From NCBI GenBank assembly GCA_965218095.1, contig OZ244587.1, positions 1,408,001-1,472,000 on the forward strand: a stretch of 64,000 nucleotides of DNA, read 5' to 3'. The notes beneath the pieces were generated by a model. That model searched no databases, had not been told where the DNA came from, and saw nothing but the letters and a program-made list of their open reading frames with translations. Positions within the stretch are counted from its first letter, which is position 1; each line of letters begins with the position of its first letter. Below, piece by piece: positions 1 to 9,304 of this stretch. Made by a program: the position numbers and the translations under genes. Source of the DNA: Candidatus Poribacteria bacterium (lineage in GTDB: Bacteria; Poribacteria; WGA-4E; PCPOR2b).

Positions 1-425
1 GGATTGCGCACTGTGATGAGGTAAGCGGCATCGCCCCAAATCTCTTTCCAGAAAGGAAGAAAAAAGTTCAGGGCCGGATCTTTCCAGACCCAGGTTTTGC
101 CCTCCTTTTCCATAACAGCGACCAACTCCAGGGCCTTGTCTCTGTATTGTGGTATGAAGATCTTTTCCCTGACACGCTGCTGGAAGGAAGCGTCCCACCA
201 ACTGGTTCCTGCTGCGAAGTCTCCCAATTCAACCAGAAAATCCCAGATGGGAAGATACTCCCAGTACCCTTGCGGATTATGCCCATCCGCTTTCGTCAGT
301 CTCTCGGACTCTCCAGCGTAAGCTCCCCATCTGTGCACCATTTCCGCCACCAGGGAGGTCCCACTGCGCTCCACACCCAGCACAATTATGGGGAGGGGTT
401 TTGAGGTTCCTTCTGCAGCGCTCAT
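1..425 (-). CDS. Sulfotransferase family protein (3' end runs off the window; not in ORF track)
   Basis: Manual translation from ATG at 425: MSAAEGTSKPLPIIVLGVERSGTSLVAE...NPQGYWE...WVWKDP...YLITVRNP. Contains the 5'-PAPS loop RSGTS, KDP and VRNP motifs. Confidence 0.85.
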   Translation of the reverse strand, partial: MSAAEGTSKPLPIIVLGVERSGTSLVAEMVHRWGAYAGESERLTKADGHNPQGYWEYLPIWDFLVELGDFAAGTSWWDASFQQRVREKIFIPQYRDKALELVAVMEKEGKTWVWKDPALNFFLPFWKEIWGDAAYLITVRN

Positions 426-472
426 AGTCGCTTGTCCTTCGGTTAAAGCCCATTAATTAATCATCATATCTA

Positions 473-626
473 ACGTCAGTTCGATATAAGGATGCAGACG
501 GCACCTAGGGGCACGGAGTAATGGGGTGAAGGGGCGAGGAGGCGAGTGTGCTGAGTTCCCTCGCTCCCACACATACTCCAAAGCCCAATTCCTTGCCACC
601 GCAGAATTTTTACGTCGAACTCACGT
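473..626. mobile_element. 154-bp MITE-like element, possibly IS982-type ends
   Basis: Ends ACGTCAGTTCGA / TCGAACTCACGT (11/12 inverted match), exact 6-bp flanking duplication TATCTA (467-472, 627-632), no ORF. Confidence 0.75.
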
Positions 627-750
627 TATCTACTTCCCATCCCCCCGTCAGAATATACCGGCTTGTCCGCGGAAGAAATCCAACAGTTAGCTAAGGAGGC
701 TTAATCCTCGTGCAAATTTAACCACATCACGTTTCACACACTTCATTTCC

Positions 751-2106
751 TCAATTTCCTATTTCCTTTCCGAAGATCAGCAACGCATCTGCAATTGGTC
801 TGCCGAAGTTGGAAGGAACCAGTCGAATGCGGCGATTCCCTTGAGCCATTTTTTCCTTGCGTGGTGGCGGTACGCGGTGGCTAACCACCTCGCCATCAAT
901 AACCATCATCGTCGAGCCACCCACCACTGTCGAGGTTGAGCGCATCCTTTGCTCCCCATTCCAACAACAATTCTGTGAGCTTGGAGAGTTTAACGCCCCA
1001 GTTCACCTTTGGGGATTTTCCGGTGATTGTTACGAGGATCAACGTCCCATCGGCTTTAACGCTTATTGCTGTTCGGGGATACCACCAATCGTGGAATGCG
1101 CGCTCAAATCCTTCTGCATCATGTTCCTTCGGTGTCGTGGGAATTCCATCACGAAGTAGCAAAGGACCGCCGCTGATGATATGCTCAACCGCCTCCAATG
1201 TTTTTGGATCCCGGACTGTTCAGGGATAACTGTTTCGCAGATTACGTGGAAGAACAAATGCAGCACGGATTTTGTCTCCGACTGATATGTGGGCAATCAG
1301 CCAATCGCGCTTTAACCCATTTGCGGAGAGGACGCAGCCATCGTCAGGAATAGGGCTGCTGCCCGCTGCATCACGGATCTCGACGACCCGGTTATTTTGC
1401 ACAATCACTTCCACGCCATCCGGATCGGTCAGTGTATCGGTCAGTGTAACGGTGTGGAAAATCGGACGGTAAAGGATCAACTCATCCTCGATCCGCCCTT
1501 GATTGATACCGTCAATCATGAATGTTTCGCCGCTTGGAAGCACAATTTCCGCTTCGAGTGCAATTCGATCAATAATCGGCTTTCATTCGCCCATCGACCA
1601 GCGATAGTCCAATTGCGGCACGGTCCTGTTCAGGTTCACTGATCCATTCCCCATCAATCTTCAACGCCCCGACCGATTCACCGTGAAACATCCCCGTCAT
1701 CTCGAAATAGCCACCGTTGATTGCTGCGAAGGCATTGTGCTGTCGCGCCAACGAAACGAGGGATTCCCTGCCAATTCCTGCATCCACAGCGCGGTAAGGA
1801 CGGATGAACACCGCATCAGGGGGGAGTTCGAGGATATTCATGAGCACGCCTCGTTTAATCTGACGATGCTGAATCCCCGACGCCACTTGAACCGTCACAT
1901 CATGCCGAGACAGATCCATGTACGATCGGACAAATGCAGTTATTCGCCTGACACGAGCGGATCGCCCCGTCCAGACACCTGCAAAAGATCAGCAGGCAAC
2001 CCAGAACGATGAAGATGCGGCGATGCCGTTTGGTGAATCGTAAAACGTAAAGCGTAAAACGTAAAATGATTCGTTCATTCGTTGACTTTCCTATTCGCCT
2101 ATTCAC
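751..2106 (-). pseudogene. Phosphodiester glycosidase (NAGPA/DUF2233-like) pseudogene in several frames
   Basis: Consecutive fragments carry AAINGGYF, DGINQGR...IPDDGCVLSA, GGPLLLRDG, PRTAIS and ALNLDSGG motifs, broken by frameshifts and stops. Confidence 0.8.
2039..2066. repeat. Heptamer tandem repeat (CGTAAAR)x4
   Basis: cgtaaaa cgtaaag cgtaaaa cgtaaaa read directly. Confidence 0.8.
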
Positions 2107-3508
2107 AGCTCGTCAAGACCTGCTGTGCTCGTTTTTCCCACTCATCACAGGTTGCGTGAGTCCGTTGTACAGATGCCCCGATGTACTTCGTTGGATTGTG
2201 AAGGACTTCCCGCTGATTTTCCGTCAACTTTTCGAGAAACGGTCGCAATGTCTCATCTTCCCACAGGAGGTCTGTCAGTTTCCGTCCCGTTTGATGGACT
2301 TGGGCGACGAGTTTGCGTGTGTGGTCGTAAGCATCGGGAAATCCATAATACGCCATCAAAATATAGATCGGTTCAGTGACCGTATCGCCCGCACTCATCT
2401 CAAGATTGCGTCGCATATTATCCACCTTCACATTCATCTCGTCTAACGCACGAATCAGGCGATAGATCGAGTAATCAAACGCCGTGAACAATTCCGTCAG
2501 GAAACGGATCGACGCTGAGTTGGTGAGATCGCGTTGATGTTCCAAGATCTGGTCCATGTATACTGTTGTCATGCGCGGCACGAAGGCTTTCCAGAGGCTC
2601 TTGATCGTTTCAAAATCTTCGGGATTGATCTTATGCGGCATGGTCGAAGATCCGACCAATTGTGGGTCGTACTTCTTGCTAATTTCCGCGATCTCTGTGC
2701 GATAGAGATGGCGGATGTCATCCGCGAAATTCGCAAGGATGGTGTAGGTAGATGTAATCGCATGCGCCAGATCGGTGATAAATTCCGGCTCAACACACTG
2801 CGTCGAAGTATGCGTATCCGATGGTTTCAGCCCAAGTTCAGCAAGGAGATCTGCCTCGATCCGCTCCGGATGCTCCGTGATCAGCGAAAGCCCGTTGAAT
2901 GCTCCTACCGCGCCTGAGAATTGTCCGCGAAGCTCTTGACTCGTCCGATCTATCAGTTGCATCCGATTTCCGATTCGGCTGACGTAAAGCGCGACAGCGT
3001 AACCGAAGGTAATTGGTTCTGCGTGCTGTCCATGCGTCCGTCCGATCTGCACCGTTTCTGCGTGGTTTCGCGCCAACTGAATCAACCGATCCTCAAGTTG
3101 GATTAGATCTGGCAAGATTACCTTTCGGGTCAGATCTTTGAAGCGCAGCGCCGTTGCGGTATCAAGGATGTCCGCCGACGTAGCAAAGAGGTGAACATAC
3201 GGACGCGCTTTGGGACTGATTTTCCGCTGAATCACATTGACAAGTGAACGGATGTTGTGGCGGATGCGTGATTGCTCTTTATAGACCTCCACCGCTGTTA
3301 CTTCGTGCGCCACCCGTTCAACTTCATCAGCGATCTCGTGGGAGCAGATTCTGTGTTTGGCAAGCGTCCGCACCAATGCGGCTTCGACTTTAGCTTGATA
3401 TTTGACGTAGGCACCTTCAGAAACGTAAGGGAGTAGTTTCTTCATAAAAGCTTCGCTGCCGCCGTAGTATCTGAAATCGAGTGGACTGACTGCTTCGTAA
3501 AGTTCCAT
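2099..3508 (-). CDS. purB: Adenylosuccinate lyase
   Basis: GRTHGQHAEP and GSSTMPHKINP signatures. Start placed at MELYEAVSPLD, preceded by AGGAG. Confidence 0.92.
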   Translation of the reverse strand: MELYEAVSPLDFRYYGGSEAFMKKLLPYVSEGAYVKYQAKVEAALVRTLAKHRICSHEIADEVERVAHEVTAVEVYKEQSRIRHNIRSLVNVIQRKISPKARPYVHLFATSADILDTATALRFKDLTRKVILPDLIQLEDRLIQLARNHAETVQIGRTHGQHAEPITFGYAVALYVSRIGNRMQLIDRTSQELRGQFSGAVGAFNGLSLITEHPERIEADLLAELGLKPSDTHTSTQCVEPEFITDLAHAITSTYTILANFADDIRHLYRTEIAEISKKYDPQLVGSSTMPHKINPEDFETIKSLWKAFVPRMTTVYMDQILEHQRDLTNSASIRFLTELFTAFDYSIYRLIRALDEMNVKVDNMRRNLEMSAGDTVTEPIYILMAYYGFPDAYDHTRKLVAQVHQTGRKLTDLLWEDETLRPFLEKLTENQREVLHNPTKYIGASVQRTHATCDEWEKRAQQVLTSCE

Positions 3509-3521
3509 AATATCTCCTAAA

Positions 3522-3555
3522 CGTATTGCGTATTGCGTATTGCGTATTGCGTATT
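3522..3555. repeat. Heptamer tandem repeat (CGTATTG), about 5 copies, just upstream of the purB RBS
   Basis: Read directly; it explains the spurious YAIRNTQYAIR in the extended ORF. Confidence 0.85.
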
Positions 3556-3580
3556 TTGTCTGGTGGTTTATCCCAAATTG

Positions 3581-3727
3581 TGTATTGGTCAATAACATGT
3601 TGAATACGGCGAGATTCACTGGAAATTATACGAATTATGGAGAGCGTGACATTTCCATTATTCCCATAATCTGCAGTGAATTGAGTTTATCAGTTCACTT
3701 TCCTGCAAGATGTATTTGACCATTACA
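3581..3727. mobile_element. 147-bp MITE with TGT...ACA ends and 15-bp target duplication (IS481-like)
   Basis: TIRs TGTATTGGTCAATAACATGTTG / CAAGATGTATTTGACCATTACA (18/22). Exact direct repeat GTTTATCCCAAATTG at 3566-3580 and 3728-3742. Confidence 0.8.
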
Positions 3728-3913
3728 GTTTATCCCAAATTGGGCTGGTTTGCTTGTTTTTTCGTGCCGCTAAATTATACCACGTTTCTATCGCCGGGGA
3801 AGTAGGTTTTGGAATTTTTCTTGAGGCGGACAAGGCATCAGGAACGACGAGGCAACTGTTTTCCTTGAAAAATTCTAACTGTTCTTTCATGACTCCTTCC
3901 TAGTTGAATAGCG

Positions 3914-4543
3914 TCAAAAATCATCAATCATCAATAGGCGCGGCTTCATCACCGCGAACAGTTCTTTCCCCTGACGGCGTTCCACCGAATTCAGCGGGAT
4001 ATGAAGTTCGGAAATCTCAAAGGCGGGTTCAAACAGCGAGTGGATTTCCCCTTCCGTCGTACCAAACGGTGGACGCCCGTCCGGAGGTAAAGCGAAAAAC
4101 AGTGCGATGAAGGTGCCTGTCGGTTTCAGGATGGTTTGTACCAACTGTACGTACTCTGCACGACGAACCGGATTAATGGCACAAAAGCAAGTGTGTTCGA
4201 GGGCGTAATCGAAATGGGATTGATATTCATTCAGCAGGTCAAACATGTCCCGCTTGAGGAGTTCCGCCTTCAAATTTGCGCCTTGCAAACGCTTTCCCGC
4301 GCCCCGAATGGCTGAAGGCACAAAATCCACACCGACCACGTCAAACCCGTGTGCCGCGAAAAGCACAACCTCATATCCCGTCCCGCAGCCGAGAACCGCA
4401 ATCTTTCCCGGTGGAGGTGGTGAATCACTCGTCAGAAGAGACACAAATGGCGGCGCCGGCTGACCGAGATCCCAGTCGGGGGATTCCTGGTTATCGTAGA
4501 TGTTCTCCCAAAACTCAGGTTGATTGACATCACGGTCTTGCAT
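3914..4543 (-). CDS. Thiopurine/thiol (TPMT/HOL-like) SAM-dependent methyltransferase
   Basis: WDLGQPAPP, VLGCGTGYE, EHTCFCAI and PPFG motifs. Confidence 0.85.
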   Translation of the reverse strand: MQDRDVNQPEFWENIYDNQESPDWDLGQPAPPFVSLLTSDSPPPPGKIAVLGCGTGYEVVLFAAHGFDVVGVDFVPSAIRGAGKRLQGANLKAELLKRDMFDLLNEYQSHFDYALEHTCFCAINPVRRAEYVQLVQTILKPTGTFIALFFALPPDGRPPFGTTEGEIHSLFEPAFEISELHIPLNSVERRQGKELFAVMKPRLLMIDDF

Positions 4544-4567
4544 GAAAACTATCCTTTCGTGTTGAGA

Positions 4568-4596
4568 ATTATAATGGCGAGAGAACGGATAGTCAA
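4568..4596 (-). promoter_or_regulatory. Sigma70-type promoter for the methyltransferase
   Basis: Minus strand TTGACT-17 nt-TATAAT. Confidence 0.7.
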
Positions 4597-4619
4597 GAAC
4601 AAACCTTGAAACGTATGAC

Positions 4620-4648
4620 TTGTCTTAATGCCTGTCCTATGATACACT
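4620..4648 (+). promoter_or_regulatory. Divergent sigma70-type promoter
   Basis: TTGTCT-17 nt-TACACT with an extended TG. Confidence 0.5.
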
Positions 4649-4661
4649 ATAACTTGGCATT

Positions 4662-4713
4662 GTAGTGAGGCGATTCATCGCCATCCCAAACGCGCAATTC
4701 ATTGCACGACTAC
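4662..4713. repeat. GTAG-type REP-like doublet
   Basis: GTAGTGAGGCGATTCATCGCC...CGCGCAATTCATTGCACGACTAC: two small palindromes bounded by GTAG/CTAC. Confidence 0.6.
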
Positions 4714-4817
4714 AAACGGAATGTATAGTTTAATCTGAAAATTACTTAAGTTGCCGTGCTGGCTTTTATCAAAACTCACAAGTCTAGAACTGTCAAAACG
4801 AATAGGTAGAAGATAAA

Positions 4818-5135
4818 ATGGCTAGATATTTCGCTTTTGCTGTAGACAAACCTGACCTCGAACCTTACGAAATTTCGCGCACCCTGCGGGGGCAACTCCA
4901 CTACTTCACCGAAGGCACCAGCAGTCGTCGATGGAACGATAGCGAAAATCCCGACGAATTCTTCTTTCCGCTTGAACGAACTTCTGAACTGTTCGAGGAG
5001 GGGGTGTTCTATGTGACCTCTCCGTTGGATGATCAGAATCAAGCAGAAATTGAGATCACGGAAGAGCAAGAGGATTTTTTGGATTGGCTCGTTTCGAATC
5101 AGATTGAAAAGGTGCAGGTTCCAGAAGATATTTGA
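4818..5135 (+). CDS. Small acidic hypothetical protein (105 aa)
   Basis: Clean ORF with protein-like composition downstream of a candidate promoter; no motif recognised. Confidence 0.65.
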   Translation: MARYFAFAVDKPDLEPYEISRTLRGQLHYFTEGTSSRRWNDSENPDEFFFPLERTSELFEEGVFYVTSPLDDQNQAEIEITEEQEDFLDWLVSNQIEKVQVPEDI

Positions 5136-5335
5136 TAAGTTCGTATCCGTTGTGCCGACACAACTCAGGTCAGAACCTTATGCGAACTTACGAAATGAAT
5201 CAGTAGCTAGCGGATGGGTTGTGCTTCTTTTGTCCTATCTGGATGTTTGTTCCATTCAATAGTGATTTCCGGTGTCATCACGACGCGGCGGGAGCATTTG
5301 TCTCGCTCAGGATCCTGAGCATAGCATCACATAAA

Positions 5336-5348
5336 TAGGACTTACGCA
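5336..5348. mobile_element. Solo IS/MITE terminal repeat TAGGACTTACGCA
   Basis: Same end family as the 22403-22536 element; followed by degenerate heptamer repeats; no partner end found. Confidence 0.45.
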
Positions 5349-5470
5349 GCCGATGTGCAGAACCTGCAATTTCACCGCATCCTGCATCTTGAATCCTGAA
5401 TCCGACACAAGATGCAAGATGCACAGGAGGTTAGGGGATAATCAGCCGATTCGATGATTCGCCTATTTGC

Positions 5471-6601
5471 TTATTTCCCAAACCGCGCCAACCGAAATGG
5501 GTTGATGTCAAAGCCTGTCTCCTCCTGAAGCGCCATTTCCGCAAGTATTCGCCCGACAAGGCTGGAGAACTTGAATCCGTGACCGGAAAATCCAGTAGCC
5601 AAAATGAGATCGGGGCAATTCGGGTGTATGTCGATAATAAAATCTTCATCAGGTGTTTCAGTGTAGAGGCAAACCTGGGCGTAAAGGGCCTCGCCAGCAG
5701 CATCGGGAATGCGCTTACGCATAAAGGCACTCAAGTGCTCGATATATTCGGCATCAGGTGTGCGATTACACGCATCCGGAGACACCGGCTGCCCCAGACC
5801 GTGTCGCGCAACTTTCACACCTTCACTGCCGAACACGGGAAATCCGTAGAAGAATTCACCCCACGTTACATCAATGAAAACCGGAAAGCTGTCTGGCTGA
5901 AACAGACTCGCAGCCGTTGGCTGATAATAAACCATCTGTTGCCGCGTCACGATTAACGGGAGACTCAGTTCACTGAGAATTTGCCCTGTCCATGCGCCAG
6001 AGGTCACAATCACTTTCCTCCCTCGAAAGCGTTCCCCTTTTACAATCACTTCGGGGTTATCTCCCTGCCAATCGATGTTCATAACGGGAGTCTCCTCCCT
6101 AACCTCCGCCCCGTGCTCTTCGGCGAGTTGCAAGTGGGTCGAGACGCACGCTGAAGCATGAAGGAAACCGGTGTCCTTTTGCCAGAGGACGCTCATGCCG
6201 TCCTCGATTCTGAACTGCGGGAAGCGTGCGGCTAGTTGCCGTTGGCTCCACCATTCCGATTCGATTCTAGCGGCATCTAGGCTCGCACGCATATTACGGG
6301 GATAATAGTGTCCTTCGGGTGCAATCACTACGCTGCCCGTCGTGAACAACAGATCTGTTCCCGAAGCCTTTTCCAGACCCCGCCATTCCGCGTAGGCAAA
6401 CTTCATCAACTCTGTGTAAAATTGCTTGTCGTAGACCAGGCGGATGACGCGGGTATCTCCGTGAGAACTGCCAAAGGTATGTCCACGGGAGAATTGTTCC
6501 AACACTAGCGTTCTCGCTCCCAATTTTGCGAGGTGATATGCCGCTGCACTTCCCATACTCCCCGCTCCGATAATGACTGCGTCGTACATTTTTTCACTCA
6601 A
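5471..6601 (-). CDS. solA: Monomeric sarcosine oxidase / N-methyltryptophan oxidase family FAD enzyme
   Basis: GAGSMG, GSSHGDTRVIR, CLYTETPDEDF and GFSGHGFKF motifs. Confidence 0.88.
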   Translation of the reverse strand: MSEKMYDAVIIGAGSMGSAAAYHLAKLGARTLVLEQFSRGHTFGSSHGDTRVIRLVYDKQFYTELMKFAYAEWRGLEKASGTDLLFTTGSVVIAPEGHYYPRNMRASLDAARIESEWWSQRQLAARFPQFRIEDGMSVLWQKDTGFLHASACVSTHLQLAEEHGAEVREETPVMNIDWQGDNPEVIVKGERFRGRKVIVTSGAWTGQILSELSLPLIVTRQQMVYYQPTAASLFQPDSFPVFIDVTWGEFFYGFPVFGSEGVKVARHGLGQPVSPDACNRTPDAEYIEHLSAFMRKRIPDAAGEALYAQVCLYTETPDEDFIIDIHPNCPDLILATGFSGHGFKFSSLVGRILAEMALQEETGFDINPFRLARFGK

Positions 6602-6624
6602 GGCAACCTCTTCTAAGACCTACT

Positions 6625-7377
6625 TCATCGGAAACGGTTTGGCATTTCGTCAAAATTCTGCTCTTTATTCTCACCGCGCAGCAAGATCGCCGACTAGGTG
6701 TGTCCGAGAGAATTTATTTCAACTTGCTTGACCCGGGGTGGAACATAACGAACTGTCAAGCCACAACGCCGCCGCGTTGATTGATTTGGCAGACTCTCGT
6801 GAATCAATGTGCCGTGATGAATGGAGATCTCGCCCGCTTTCAGAATCAGGCCCACAGCGTTTTTCTCCTCTTCCTCGCTGACTGGAACTTCTTGATTGAT
6901 GCTCAACAGATTTCCTTCTAGTTCGGATTTTCCATGCTCCCGAATGCCGGAGCGGTGGGTGCCGGGAATAACTCGCATGCAACCGTTCTCGCGCTCGCTA
7001 TCGTCGATAGCGTACCACGCGGCAATCGTTTCGGGCGGTTCGAGTCCTCAGTAGGTCACATCTTGGTGCCATGCCACAAACTTATTCTCATCGGGACCAT
7101 ATTTGCAAAAGAAGTGCGTCCCCAGCATCATGACATCGGGGCCTATCAAGGCTTCGATACAGTCCACAACCCTCGGATGCGTTGCGATCTCCCAGATAAA
7201 TTCCTCATCAAAATGCCGATCGAGCAACCCGATCTGGCATTTCTCGCGGCCCTCTCCAGCTTCTAATTCGTCAAATAATTCTCGGTGTCGGGCGGTCTCT
7301 GCTTCATCGGAAATCTGAATTTTCGGAACGAAACCGCTCGTTTCATAAGCCTTGACTTGTTGTTTGGTTAGGGACAT
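6625..7377 (-). pseudogene. PhyH-like Fe/2-oxoglutarate dioxygenase pseudogene
   Basis: WHQDVTY*GLEPPETIAAWYAIDD...NGCMRVIPGTH...LIHESLPN...RRCG; in-frame TGA (7048-7050) and TAG (6694-6696). Confidence 0.85.
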
Positions 7378-7484
7378 TTTTCGCTCCTTTCTTGATTTTG
7401 GGTGTGTACTGCCATCGGAAATTTAGCCCATTGTCTAAACCAAGATTGTGATACAATGACAATCAGATTGAAAGGAGATTTCCG

Positions 7485-7769
7485 ATGGCAAAACGAAGAA
7501 GATTCACACCCCAATTTAAGGCGGAAGTCGTTATTGAGGCACTTATCAACCAAAGTTCACAAGCGCAACTCTGTCGACAGCATAACCTCAGCGAAGAACA
7601 ACTATCAAAGTGGAAACACCAACTCCTTGACAACGCAGCGATTCTCTTTGAATCCACTGATAAGCAATCCAACGACTCTAAAGAGCGGATTGCTCAACTG
7701 GAGCAACTCGTCGATCGATTGACCCTGGCATTAGACATCCCCAAAAAAGCCTCGACTTGGCTGACTTGA
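7485..7769 (+). CDS. IS3 transposase OrfA (HTH)
   Basis: RRRFTPQFKAEVV...LCRQHNL...LSKWK helix-turn-helix. Confidence 0.88.
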   Translation: MAKRRRFTPQFKAEVVIEALINQSSQAQLCRQHNLSEEQLSKWKHQLLDNAAILFESTDKQSNDSKERIAQLEQLVDRLTLALDIPKKASTWLT

Positions 7770-8605
7770 ATCGGTCTCAAAAGCGACAGATGGTTGAGGC
7801 TTTACAGACCAATTACTCGGTTCGACACATTTGTGAGGTTCTCGGCTTCAATCGGAGCAGTCTCTATTATCAACCCAAAAGCGACCCCTTAGAGCCAGTG
7901 CTACGAGATGAAATCGAAAAACTATCTGCCCGTTATCCGAAATATGGCTATAGGCGTATCACGCAGTTGCTGTTGCGTATGGGATACATGGTCGGTTACC
8001 GACGCGTCGCCCGATTGATGAAAGCGGATAATCTGCGGGTCGCCGTAAAACGTGGCAGTCAAACCACCCAATCGTTTGACTGTGTTGGTCAATCGGTCAA
8101 TCGGGTTGAGAATCTTGACATCTGTCGAAGCAATCAAGTTTGGGTCGGTGATATTACCTATGTCCGACTCAAAGGACAATTCGTCTATGTTTCGGTGTTA
8201 ATCGATGTCTTGACCCGAATGATAAGAGGTTGGCAGATGAGTCGGCACTTGACACAACCTCTCACATTAAGACCGTTGCAACAGGCATTAAGCCAAAGCA
8301 TTCCAGAAATTCATCATAGCGACCAGGGAGTTGAGTATCTTCCGACAGCCTATATTTCCACGCTTATCGGTCATGGGGTTGAGATTTCCTTAGCGCATCG
8401 GGGGCATCCGTGGGAGAACGGCTATGCTGAGAAGCTAATAAGAACCCTCAAGGAGGAAGAGGTCCATCTCAACGACTACGATGATATAATGGATGCCAGA
8501 GCGCGAATCGGTCATTTTATTGGACAGGTTTATAACCAGAAACGACCTCACTCGGCGTTAGGGTATTTGACGCCAGTTGAATTTGAGCAAAAACACTTGT
8601 CTTAA
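7757..8605 (+). CDS. IS3 transposase OrfB (DDE integrase core)
   Basis: YGYRRI, WVGDITY, HHSDQG, NGYAE, YNQKRPHSALGYLTP. Confidence 0.9.
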   Translation: MADLNRSQKRQMVEALQTNYSVRHICEVLGFNRSSLYYQPKSDPLEPVLRDEIEKLSARYPKYGYRRITQLLLRMGYMVGYRRVARLMKADNLRVAVKRGSQTTQSFDCVGQSVNRVENLDICRSNQVWVGDITYVRLKGQFVYVSVLIDVLTRMIRGWQMSRHLTQPLTLRPLQQALSQSIPEIHHSDQGVEYLPTAYISTLIGHGVEISLAHRGHPWENGYAEKLIRTLKEEEVHLNDYDDIMDARARIGHFIGQVYNQKRPHSALGYLTPVEFEQKHLS

Positions 8606-8797
8606 CTTTGATGATTTCTGGTCTAAATTAACGTTGGCACTTCAATGATATGTGATGCGTCTCAGATATTAGTGCTTAAAGATCATATTCTTTTCCCCCG
8701 TCTGGACGGAATGTAGTGAACAATAAAACGTCGATCTGGATACTTTGCCATCGCTTGTTCTTTCGCGTCTTGATAGGTATCCTCAAAGAAGGTTTCC

Positions 8798-8956
8798 TTA
8801 CGCAATCGCATATGCCTTCAAAGCATCAAGCCCAACCGTGTTTTGGGGACCGTGCGGTTCGCATAGACTATAGCAGAAGTAAACAAGGGGACATCCCTGG
8901 GAAACGGCTTCTAAGTCATCGGGAAACATCCGTTCCCAACGCACCTCTCTTATCAT
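8798..8956 (-). pseudogene. N-terminal fragment of a creatininase-family protein
   Basis: MIREVRWERMFPDDLE...YSLCEPHGPQNTVGLDALKA*: E-x-HG-x-x-x-x-x-G-x-D creatininase-like motif, stops after 52 aa; AAGGAG RBS. Confidence 0.65.
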
Positions 8957-9304
8957 CGTATTCTCCTTTTCCATCGGCACTTTGAACATTATCCAATTGT
9001 AGCACTCGCGATACAAAGTTGTATCATTGTTACCACAGCTTTTTCAAGTCCAATTTTCTTTCCCCTCCGTTTAGGTTAGATAATTGTGTGACCTGGTTCT
9101 GGCATCTTAATTGCGCATTTCAGAGAACCGTTGCAGAGCAAGATTTTATGATAAATCCACGAATCTGTCAACCACAATCTATAATAGTGGGTATGTTGCG
9201 GAATTCGCAGAATTTGATTTTTAGCTTGGCATCTGGTTTGTCCTGTGATATACTCTGAATATCTTACACAGTAAGCAAAATAAATCACGAAAGGAAGGAG
9301 AACC

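Larger units (their letters stand above)
7405..8644 (+). mobile_element. IS3-family insertion sequence (1240 bp)
   Basis: Imperfect TIRs TGTACTGCCATCGGAAATTTAGCCCA / TGGTCTAAATTAACGTTGGCACTTCA (20/26), orfA/orfB layout, A6G slippery site near 7743. Confidence 0.9.

Noticed and set aside
3509-3619. N-terminal extension of PurB in the ORF track
   Set aside because: It translates a heptamer repeat and a MITE end; the RBS precedes the ATG at 3508. The track extensions of rpsH, rplV, moaD and the 54202 gene were trimmed for similar reasons.
6694-7050. Stop-codon reassignment or selenocysteine/pyrrolysine recoding
   Set aside because: TGA and TAG end many intact genes here, two different stops are involved, and the contexts fit Trp.
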